Source: Pseudoalteromonas translucida KMM 520 (GTDB lineage: Bacteria > Pseudomonadota > Gammaproteobacteria > Enterobacterales > Alteromonadaceae). Taken from it: a DNA stretch of 32,000 nucleotides. The first letter of the stretch is position 1. Each line of letters starts with the position of its first letter. The stretch lies in contig NZ_CP011034.1 in assembly GCF_001465295.1 (NCBI RefSeq), positions 2,730,001-2,762,000 on the forward strand. Direction: 5' to 3'. Below, in pieces: positions 9,307 through 17,032 of this stretch. Under the pieces are notes generated by a model. The model was not told where the DNA came from and ran no database searches. It saw only the letters and a list, made by a program, of their open reading frames with translations. The translations under genes were made by a program, and so were the position numbers.

Positions 9307-10578
9307 ATGAACAATCAAATACCCTTCAATAAAAAATTACTTACTGGCGTATTACTGGCAGGTCAACTTTGTTTTATAAATAGTGTTGCTGCACAAGAAA
9401 ATGGCTCAAATACCAATGAAAGACTCGAACAGCTTATTATAAAACAACAGCAGCAATTAGAAGCTTTAAAGCAAGAAGTTAACCTACTAAAAAACAAAAG
9501 CAATGATAATGTAGACGTCACTATGCAAGTGCCTGCAATACCACAAAGTAAGGTAGTTCATGCCGACCCTAAGGCTAAAACTAAGCTTGTTGTATCTGGC
9601 TGGGTAAACCAAATGCTATCGGTTGTTGATGATGGTGAAAGCGTTGATGCTTACATTGTTGATAATGACTTTGCTGAAAGCAGAATTAAATTTTTAGGTA
9701 CTGTTGCAGCCAGTGATGATATGACTATAGGCGCAAAAATTGAGCTTACTATTGCACCTAATAAATCTGGTAACGTAAGTCAAACGAACCAGGATGTTAA
9801 TAATATTTTCGATCAACGATACACTGAGGTATATCTAGAAAGTCAGCGCTACGGCAAGCTATCGCTAGGCAAAGGCTTCACCCCATCACATTCAAGCGCA
9901 TTAAGAGACCTATCTGGCACAGCACTTATTGCTAGTGCAAACGTGACGGATCAAGCCGGCGGTTTATTTTTTAGAGAACGTAATAGTGGCGCTTTAACTG
10001 ATATTAGGATCCTCGATGGCTTTAATAGTTTTGATGGCCTAAACCGACGCAATCGCCTGCGTTACGATACACCTACTTTTAATGGCTTTAGCTTAGCTAC
10101 ATCTATTATTAGCGATAGTCGATACGATGCAACGCTATCGTACGAAGGACAAGGTAACGGGCTTAAAGTGATTGGCGCAGCCGCTATTGCTGAACCTAAT
10201 TTGACCAATGCTGATTTACAATATGATGGCTCTGTTTCGGTACTTCATGAAAATACAGGGTTAAATTTAACGCTCTCTGGTGGTATGTTAGAGCGTGAAA
10301 ACCAAGATAACCCTAGTAATCTATTCGCTAAATTTGGTTTAATTAGAAATTATACGAGCTACGGCCAAACCGCTTTTTCGCTTGATTACACACGCTCAAA
10401 ACACCTACCTAATGAAGGAAGCGAAAGTACAGCCTATGGGTTAAGCACTGTGCAACAATTAAATAAATTCGGTACTGAAGTGTATGCCTCATACCGCATC
10501 TATTCACTAGATTTAGATATGGGCAACGACGTTAACGATATTCAGGTGCTATCTGTAGGAGCAAGGGTGAAATTTTAA
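9307..10578 (+). CDS. outer-membrane porin with an N-terminal coiled coil (DcaP-like architecture)
   Basis: Signal peptide ending in AAQE. Heptad-like segment ERLEQLIIKQQQQLEALKQEVNLLKNK. Alternating beta-strand pattern and a C-terminal aromatic beta-signal (ARVKF). Confidence 0.7.
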   Translation: MNNQIPFNKKLLTGVLLAGQLCFINSVAAQENGSNTNERLEQLIIKQQQQLEALKQEVNLLKNKSNDNVDVTMQVPAIPQSKVVHADPKAKTKLVVSGWVNQMLSVVDDGESVDAYIVDNDFAESRIKFLGTVAASDDMTIGAKIELTIAPNKSGNVSQTNQDVNNIFDQRYTEVYLESQRYGKLSLGKGFTPSHSSALRDLSGTALIASANVTDQAGGLFFRERNSGALTDIRILDGFNSFDGLNRRNRLRYDTPTFNGFSLATSIISDSRYDATLSYEGQGNGLKVIGAAAIAEPNLTNADLQYDGSVSVLHENTGLNLTLSGGMLERENQDNPSNLFAKFGLIRNYTSYGQTAFSLDYTRSKHLPNEGSESTAYGLSTVQQLNKFGTEVYASYRIYSLDLDMGNDVNDIQVLSVGARVKF

Positions 10579-10772
10579 TGAACATATTAAATAAAAAAAC
10601 GCGGCAAATATTCCTACTCCTTGGCGTAATTATGCTTGCTGGGTGTAGTGGTCTTAAACCTTATCAATGGCATGATGAACGTGAAGAGGGTTTAAAAACA
10701 GGCCTTTTTAGCGGCGCTGATGGCGAGTTTGTTATTTTAGATAATACTAACGAAAAAATAACCGTAAAATAA
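10578..10772 (+). CDS. small lipoprotein (64 aa precursor)
   Basis: Lipobox LAGC with Cys22. The start overlaps the porin stop (TAATG), which implies translational coupling. Confidence 0.55.
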   Translation: MNILNKKTRQIFLLLGVIMLAGCSGLKPYQWHDEREEGLKTGLFSGADGEFVILDNTNEKITVK

Positions 10773-10795
10773 ACGAATTAAAAATATGACATAAC

Positions 10796-10838
10796 AAAGC
10801 TAATCACACTTTTACCCGTTAAAAGTATGATTAGCTTT
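10796..10838 (+). terminator. long compound hairpin after the porin-lipoprotein pair (candidate terminator or insulator)
   Basis: 11-bp perfect outer stem aaagctaatca/tgattagcttt plus a 7-bp inner stem actttta/taaaagt with a 5-nt loop. There is no clear U-tract, so its function is uncertain. Confidence 0.4.
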
Positions 10839-11009
10839 AGTTAAGGCGTGTTGACCTTGGCAGTATTAAGCCATTTAAAACAAATTATATTTACCTCCTT
10901 CCATAGCTACTATTTTTAACTACCTATATTCCACATAAATTCACAACACAACCTAATACTTGAAAGTACTAATCCATGACTAAATGGTCGGTTTTATAAG
11001 CTAAAGTGC

Positions 11010-11061
11010 TTGACGACCAAATCACCTTAACATATAGTCACAATAGTTAACTATATTTAAC
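11010..11061 (+). promoter_or_regulatory. sigma70-type promoter plus candidate operator (module copy 2, upstream of ltnD)
   Basis: TTGACG (11010-11015), 17 nt, TATAGT (11033-11038), then CACAATAG and TTAAC-N5-TTAAC (11047-11051 and 11057-11061). Confidence 0.5.
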
Positions 11062-11096
11062 ACAAAGCACATACACGTTTAAAACGAGGTGAATAA

Positions 11097-12002
11097 ATGA
11101 ATGAACAACCAATCAAATCAGTCGCTGTTATAGGCCTTGGCTCCATGGGAATGGGCGCAGCTCAGTCGTGTGTGCGTGCAGGACTTGATGTATACGGTGT
11201 TGATTTAAACCTTGAAGCGCTAAAAACATTAAAAGAATATGGCGCTAAAGCGGTATCAAGCAACGCGAATGATTTTGCCAAAGACCTAGATGCGGTACTT
11301 TTACTGTTAATTAATGCAAAACAAGTAAAGTCTGTATTGTTTGACTCTGGCCTTGCTAGCGCCCTTAAGCCAAACACAGCCGTTATGGTATCAGCTACTA
11401 TTTCTGCCCAAGACGCTAAAGACATTGCAGCGAGTTTAGCTGAATATCAGCTTATTATGTTAGACGCCCCGGTATCTGGCGGCGCAATAAAAGCAGCTAG
11501 CGGTGAAATGACTATTATGGCATCAGGCTCAGCAGCAGCCTTTACTAAACTTGCGCCTGTTTTAGAGGCAACCGCCGCAAAAGTTTACAACATAGGCCTT
11601 GAAATAGGGCTAGGCGCAACGGTAAAAATTATTCACCAGCTATTAGCGGGTGTACATATAGCAGCAGGTGCTGAAGCAATGGCATTAGCTGCACGGGCAA
11701 ATATTCCTTTAGATCTTATGTACGATGTTGTAACAAATGCAGCCGGTAATTCGTGGATGTTCGAAAACCGCATGAAACATGTGGTTGACGGTGACTATTC
11801 TCCTAACTCTATGGTTGATATTTTTGTTAAGGATTTAGGCTTAGTGTCAGAAACCGCGCGAGATCTCGAGTTCGAACTTCCTCTCACTAGCACCGCGCTT
11901 AACATGTTTACCAGCGCCAGTAATGCCGGTTTTGGCAAAGAAGACGACAGTGCCGTTATAAAAATTTTTAAAGGTATTGAGTTACCTGGTGTGGAGAGCT
12001 AA
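11097..12002 (+). CDS. ltnD: beta-hydroxyacid dehydrogenase family protein, probable L-threonate dehydrogenase (YgbJ-like)
   Basis: N-terminal Rossmann motif VAVIGLGSMGMG. 3-hydroxyisobutyrate-dehydrogenase-type fold and length (301 aa). Sits immediately upstream of a DUF1537 kinase and a class II aldolase-like gene. Confidence 0.7.
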   Translation: MNEQPIKSVAVIGLGSMGMGAAQSCVRAGLDVYGVDLNLEALKTLKEYGAKAVSSNANDFAKDLDAVLLLLINAKQVKSVLFDSGLASALKPNTAVMVSATISAQDAKDIAASLAEYQLIMLDAPVSGGAIKAASGEMTIMASGSAAAFTKLAPVLEATAAKVYNIGLEIGLGATVKIIHQLLAGVHIAAGAEAMALAARANIPLDLMYDVVTNAAGNSWMFENRMKHVVDGDYSPNSMVDIFVKDLGLVSETARDLEFELPLTSTALNMFTSASNAGFGKEDDSAVIKIFKGIELPGVES

Positions 12003-12720
12003 TTATGTTACTTGGTGTAATTGCAGACGACTTTACCGGAGCAACCGACATTGCTGGTTTCCTCGTTGAACATGGTATGCGTACGGTACAACTTAACGAT
12101 GTACCTCACAGTAACACTGTGGTTGACGCGGATGCGGTTGTCGTAAGCCTTAAAACGCGCTCTTGCCCTGTAGAGCAAGCAATAGAGCAAAGCTTAGCCG
12201 CATTAAAATGGCTACAACAGCAAGGTTGTCAGCAGTTTTATTTCAAATATTGTTCAACCTTCGATAGTACGGCTAAAGGTAATATTGGCCCGGTAACCGA
12301 CGCTTTATTAGCGGCACTCGGTGAGTCTTTCACTATTGTCTGCCCTGCTTTGCCAGTGAATGGCCGCACCGTATTTAACGGTCACTTATTTGTACTTGGC
12401 GAGCCGCTTAATGAGTCGGGTATGCGTAACCACCCGGTAACGCCAATGACCGATTCAAGCTTGGTGCGCTTAATGAATAGCCAGTCGCAAGGAGAAGCCG
12501 GTTTAGTAAATTACCAAACCATTGAACAAGGCGCTGAGGCCATTACTAATCAGTTTGCTGAGCTACAAAGTGCCGGTAAACGCTATGCTGTGGTTGATGC
12601 CTTTAATAGTGCACATTTAGCAACCCTAGGTAAAGCGGCTAAGTCGCTAAAATTAGTGACTGGCGGCTCTGGATTAGCAGCCGGCATTGCAAAAAACTGG
12701 CAGCAGCAACTACAAGATCA
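11935..12720 (+). repeat. segmental duplication, copy A (ltnD 3' end plus the first 716 nt of otnK)
   Basis: Aligns with 16965-17750 at a constant offset of 5030 bp. By eye I count 11 mismatches over 12005-12720 and 6 mismatches in the 64 nt upstream (11941-12004). Confidence 0.9.
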
Positions 12721-13261
12721 AAACGACACTAAAGCCGCTGGCTTGCCAAGCAAAGCGCCTAGCGTTGTATTATCGGGTTCGTGCTCGCTAATGACCAACA
12801 AGCAAGTTTTACGCTATCAAACCCTTGCCCCGCACTTTGCCGTAGATGTAGAGGCGTGCATGAATAATACACTCTATGTGCAACACGCGTTTGATTGGGT
12901 AGTAAATAATCTTGATGGCAAATTTGCCCCTATGGTTTATGCCACGCAACCTGCTGCACAGCTAAAAGCAATTCAAGCTAAATATGGTGCACATGCATCG
13001 AGTGAAGCAGTAGAGTTATTTTTTAGCAAACTTGCTTATTTACTAAAAGAATTTGGCATACAAATTTTTATTGTTGCTGGCGGTGAAACGTCAGGCACGG
13101 TAACACAAAGCCTTGCTGTAAAAGGTTTTCATATTGGCCCTCAAATCGCCTCAGGTGTGCCTTGGGTAAAGTCTATTGATGGTTCGTTATCACTAGCACT
13201 TAAATCAGGTAATTTTGGCGATGAGTTGTTTTTTGAAAAGGCACAGGAGTTTTATTTATGA
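12005..13261 (+). CDS. otnK: DUF1537 four-carbon acid-sugar kinase, probable 3-oxo-tetronate kinase (YgbK-like), copy 1
   Basis: 418 aa. N-terminal motif GVIADDFTGATD and C-terminal motif AGGETSG are typical of the two-domain SBD_N/NBD_C kinase family. The operon context supports the call. Confidence 0.8.
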   Translation: MLLGVIADDFTGATDIAGFLVEHGMRTVQLNDVPHSNTVVDADAVVVSLKTRSCPVEQAIEQSLAALKWLQQQGCQQFYFKYCSTFDSTAKGNIGPVTDALLAALGESFTIVCPALPVNGRTVFNGHLFVLGEPLNESGMRNHPVTPMTDSSLVRLMNSQSQGEAGLVNYQTIEQGAEAITNQFAELQSAGKRYAVVDAFNSAHLATLGKAAKSLKLVTGGSGLAAGIAKNWQQQLQDQNDTKAAGLPSKAPSVVLSGSCSLMTNKQVLRYQTLAPHFAVDVEACMNNTLYVQHAFDWVVNNLDGKFAPMVYATQPAAQLKAIQAKYGAHASSEAVELFFSKLAYLLKEFGIQIFIVAGGETSGTVTQSLAVKGFHIGPQIASGVPWVKSIDGSLSLALKSGNFGDELFFEKAQEFYL

Positions 13262-13890
13262 CAGAACAAGATCTTAGAGAGAAAATGGTAAGCTTAGCGC
13301 TTTCTATGTTTCAGCGCGGCTATGCGACAGGCGGAGCGGGTAACCTATCTCTTAAATTACCCGACGGTAACTTTTTAGCTACGCCAACAGGCGCATCATT
13401 TGGCCGCTTAGTAGCTGATGAGCTTTCTGTTGTAGACATAAACGGTACTCTTATTTCGGGTAAACGTGCCTCTAAAGAAGTGGCTTTTCATTTAGAAATT
13501 TACCGCAACAGCCCTGACTGTAACGCCATTGTGCATTTACACTCTACTTACCTTACTGCGCTGTCTTGCTTAGAAACGCTGGATCCTGATAATGCCATTC
13601 GCCCATTTACACCGTATTACGTAATGCGTGTTGGCCAATTACCTGTGATCCCCTATTTACGCCCAGGCGAGCCACGTATTGCTGAAGAGCTCGGTAAGCT
13701 CGCTCCTCATCATCGCGCATTTTTGTTAGCTAATCATGGTCCAGTGATCACCGGCAGCGATATAGAAGATGCTGTAGACAATGCAGAAGAATTAGAAGAA
13801 ACAGCCAAGTTAATGTTTATCCTAAATAACCACCCTGTTCGTTATTTAACACATGCTGAAGTAGATGATCTCAAAGGCAGAGGCAAGTAG
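13258..13890 (+). CDS. otnC: class II aldolase/adducin-fold protein, probable 3-oxo-tetronate 4-phosphate decarboxylase (YgbL-like), copy 1
   Basis: 210 aa with metal-binding His motifs (IVHLHS, NHGP). The start overlaps the otnK stop (ATGA). Confidence 0.8.
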   Translation: MTEQDLREKMVSLALSMFQRGYATGGAGNLSLKLPDGNFLATPTGASFGRLVADELSVVDINGTLISGKRASKEVAFHLEIYRNSPDCNAIVHLHSTYLTALSCLETLDPDNAIRPFTPYYVMRVGQLPVIPYLRPGEPRIAEELGKLAPHHRAFLLANHGPVITGSDIEDAVDNAEELEETAKLMFILNNHPVRYLTHAEVDDLKGRGK

Positions 13891-14230
13891 TAAGCTATTT
13901 GCAGCAAGCCTCTCCGCACTTTTTAATGGTGTGAATTATCTAAAATAACTTGATAAAACACACCAAACAAAATTAAAGCTATAAATTTTTACAAGTTGAA
14001 GTTTAGTTGCAAACTATTCTAATCACTGGTTTTAGCATTAACTTTAGCAAAAAAAGTTGCGCATTTTTCTACCTCTTTATTTAGCACTATACTAATTTTA
14101 ACTAAAAATACTTATACCGTTAATTAATCTATTTATATTTTAATAATCAGTAGTACGTTTTCTATTACTATTAAAAATTTCACTTATTTATAGAAACCAC
14201 AATTAGCAATCTACAAAATACGGATAAACA

Positions 14231-15319
14231 ATGAACAATTTAATTAATCTAGTCCCTGCTGGTGTTGTTAGTGGGGAGCATTTAAATACTTTATATCGTG
14301 TTGCCCGTGAAAATAACTATGCCTTTCCTGCGGTCAATGTTGTTAGCACTAACTCTATTAATGCTGCGCTAGAAGCTGCATCCTTATGTAAGTCACCGAT
14401 TATTATTCAATTATCACATGGTGGGGCGGCATTTTTTGTAGGCAAAGGGGTGCCTCTTAAAGATCACCGACCCGCAATTACTGGCGCCATTGCAGCAGCC
14501 CATTATGTGCATGCTGTGGCAAAGCATTATGGTATTCCTGTGGTACTTCATACCGATCATGCCGCTAAAAAGTTGCTACCTTGGATAGATGGCCTATTAG
14601 AGGCCGGTGAAGCGTATTTCAAACTTCATGGGAAACCGTTATTTAGCTCACACATGTTAGATTTATCTGAAGAAACGCTCACTGAAAATATCGAAACCTG
14701 TCAGCAGTACCTATCTCGTATGGCAAAAATTAATATGGGGATAGAAATTGAGCTTGGCTGTACCGGTGGTGAAGAAGATGGGGTTGATAATTCACACCTA
14801 GACTCGTCATTACTTTACACTCAACCTGAAGATGTCGCTTATGCTTACCAACAATTAAGCCAAGTGAGCGATTGTTTTACTATTGCCGCTTCATTTGGCA
14901 ATGTCCATGGAGTGTACAAACCAGGTAATGTGAAGCTGACTCCAGAAATATTAAAAAACTCCCAAGCATTTGTGAGCAACAAATTTGGTTTGGCGCACAA
15001 CAGTTTAAACTTTGTTTTTCATGGTGGCTCAGGCTCTGCAGCAACCGAAATTACTGAAGCCATTGGCTATGGGGTAATAAAAATGAACATTGATACTGAT
15101 ACCCAATGGGCTTGCTGGGAAGGCGTTAGTAATTACTATAAAGAAAACTCAGCCTACCTACAAAGCCAAATTGGTAACCCCGATGGTGATGATCTCCCCA
15201 ATAAAAAGCACTACGATCCGCGCGTATGGCTACGCAAAGTTGAGCAATCAATGGCGCAGCGTTTAGCTATTTCATTTAAAGAGCTTAATTGCCTAAATAG
15301 GTATGAGGAAAAAGCATGA
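14231..15319 (+). CDS. fbaA: class II (FbaA-type) fructose-1,6-bisphosphate aldolase
   Basis: 362 aa, collinear with enterobacterial FbaA. Shared motifs include LHTDH, ELGCTGGEEDGVDN, SFGNVHGVYKPGNV, FVFHGGSG and KMNIDTDTQWA. Confidence 0.9.
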   Translation: MNNLINLVPAGVVSGEHLNTLYRVARENNYAFPAVNVVSTNSINAALEAASLCKSPIIIQLSHGGAAFFVGKGVPLKDHRPAITGAIAAAHYVHAVAKHYGIPVVLHTDHAAKKLLPWIDGLLEAGEAYFKLHGKPLFSSHMLDLSEETLTENIETCQQYLSRMAKINMGIEIELGCTGGEEDGVDNSHLDSSLLYTQPEDVAYAYQQLSQVSDCFTIAASFGNVHGVYKPGNVKLTPEILKNSQAFVSNKFGLAHNSLNFVFHGGSGSAATEITEAIGYGVIKMNIDTDTQWACWEGVSNYYKENSAYLQSQIGNPDGDDLPNKKHYDPRVWLRKVEQSMAQRLAISFKELNCLNRYEEKA

Positions 15320-16284
15320 AACGGTTAATCCCATGTTTAGAGCAAGACAAAGTTGAAATTGAATTAATTTTACTCATTAAAACCATACTAACAGCCTGTA
15401 AAGAAATTTCATTTCGGGTAGGCCAAGGAGCACTGTCTAATGTGTTGGGCTCTACCCTTGATGAAAATATTCAAGGTGAAACGCAAAAAAAGCTAGATGT
15501 TATTAGTAATCAGCTACTCAAAGATATGTTATTAGAAAGTGGTAAAGTCAGGACTATAGCCTCTGAAGAGGAAGACTATGTTGTTGCCGCTACTGAGAAT
15601 GCACCTTATATTGTTGCCTTTGATCCCCTTGACGGCTCTTCTAATATCGACATTAATGGTCAAATAGGCACTATTTTTACTATTTATCGCGCTAAAAACG
15701 ATGTTGCTGCTGATAGTGAATTACAATTTGCACAAAAAGGTTCTGAACAAGTATGTGCTGGTTATGTGTTATATGGCCCATCGACTATGCTGGCGCTTAC
15801 TACGGGTGGCCCATCTCGCTTATACACCTTAGACAAAACACAAGGTTGTTACTTATTAACCACCGAAAAACTAACGATAGCGACTGATACGCAAGAGTTT
15901 TCGGTGAACATGTCTAATTTTCATCAATGGTCAGCTGGCTTTAGTGATTATATTAATGACCTGCTTTTAGGTGAAAGTGGCGTGCGTGCTAAAAAATTTA
16001 ACATGCGCTGGAACGGCGCTATGGTGGGTGATATGCATCGGGTGTTATCCCGTGGTGGTATTTTTTGTTATCCCAACGATATTAACAAGCCTGAACAGCC
16101 CGCTAAGCTACGTTTATTATACGAAGCAAATCCAATGGCTATGTTAGTCGAGAACGCTAATGGCAAAGCATATACAGAGCATGAACGTATTTTAGATATA
16201 CTTCCCTCTCACATTCACCAACGCGTAGCCGTTGTTATGGGCTCGACTAATGAAGTAAATAAATGTTTAACGTATTTAAAGTAA
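15316..16284 (+). CDS. fbp: class 1 fructose-1,6-bisphosphatase
   Basis: 322 aa with FBPase class 1 motifs (QGETQKKLDVISN, ASEEED, DPLDGSSNID). The start overlaps the fbaA stop (ATGA). Confidence 0.9.
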   Translation: MKRLIPCLEQDKVEIELILLIKTILTACKEISFRVGQGALSNVLGSTLDENIQGETQKKLDVISNQLLKDMLLESGKVRTIASEEEDYVVAATENAPYIVAFDPLDGSSNIDINGQIGTIFTIYRAKNDVAADSELQFAQKGSEQVCAGYVLYGPSTMLALTTGGPSRLYTLDKTQGCYLLTTEKLTIATDTQEFSVNMSNFHQWSAGFSDYINDLLLGESGVRAKKFNMRWNGAMVGDMHRVLSRGGIFCYPNDINKPEQPAKLRLLYEANPMAMLVENANGKAYTEHERILDILPSHIHQRVAVVMGSTNEVNKCLTYLK

Positions 16285-16750
16285 CGCTAGATACGTTAGG
16301 TATCTGAGTCACCCTGAGCAGCTACATACTATTGCCAAATTAAGGCGAGCTATGTAGCTCATATCACTCTTTGGGCTCGGGCTTATTTTATTAAACTAAT
16401 TGGCAGCATGCTGATAACTGAGCAGATGTTAATTTTAACTATTTAAATCTGCTTTTCACTAAAGCCCAGCTCAGTGATGTATTTTAACTTCCTTCTGCTT
16501 TAGTTATATAACTATAAAAACGAAGCACTAAGTCACACATTATCTCAATTTCATCTCGACTCTTGATTAGCACACAGCAAAATAAAAATTAATTTCGGCG
16601 CTCATTTACTCCCATGATTAAAAGTGTGAATTTATGTTTGCTATTGTTTAAGTTATAAATTTTTATACGGAAAGTAAAAAAACACGCTTTTATTTAATAC
16701 TTTTCACTACAAACACATTACTAATGGGTATTTTTTGTGAGCTAAAGTGC

Positions 16751-16802
16751 TTGACGACAAAATAACCTTAACATATAGTCACAATAGTTAACTAGATTTA
16801 AC
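16751..16802 (+). promoter_or_regulatory. sigma70-type promoter plus candidate operator (module copy 3, upstream of the ltnD remnant and otnK copy 2)
   Basis: TTGACG (16751-16756), 17 nt, TATAGT (16774-16779), then CACAATAG and TTAAC-N5-TTAAC (16788-16792 and 16798-16802). Near-identical to copy 2. Confidence 0.5.
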
Positions 16803-16836
16803 AACCCATAGGTCTAACTTCTATTAATGTGAATAA

Positions 16837-17032
16837 ATGAATAGTCATCGCGCTAATAATCGTAGTTACTGACTATAGCGCTATTTTGCTAATGATTTAT
16901 GTTTTGAATACCACGTAAGAGTTCGACTGCGAATTATCATTTACTAGCATCGCGCTTGGTATGTGCAAAGAAGACAACAGTGCCGTTATAAAGGTTTTTA
17001 AAGGTATTAAGTTACCTGGTGTGGAGAAATAA
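16837..17032 (+). pseudogene. internally deleted remnant of an ltnD paralog
   Basis: It keeps the RBS/start context gtgaataaATGaat (compare 11091-11102) and the last roughly 110 nt of ltnD (gagttcga, actagca.cgcgctt, aagac.acagtgccgttataaa, gttacctggtgtggaga, TAA). It is only 196 bp against 906 bp for intact ltnD, and the reading frame stops after 11 codons. Confidence 0.75.

Noticed and set aside
12008-12190. A 60-aa antisense ORF is present in both otnK copies (12008-12190 and 17038-17220), which could be read as conservation.
   Set aside because: Both copies lie inside the near-identical duplicated tract, so the conservation is a by-product of the duplication and not evidence of coding.
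16290-16345. Short hairpins after fbp (agatac/gtatct at 16290-16306, and agctacata/tatgtagct with a 22-nt loop) could be terminators.
   Set aside because: The stems are short or the loop is very large, and neither is followed by a U-tract. This is insufficient to call a terminator.
13891-16740. The fbaA-fbp block might be a mobile insertion, so I looked for terminal inverted repeats, direct target duplications, and transposase or integrase remnants in the AT-rich flanks.
   Set aside because: I found none by eye. The only repeated sequences nearby are the promoter module and the ltnD remnant, and the duplication explains both.
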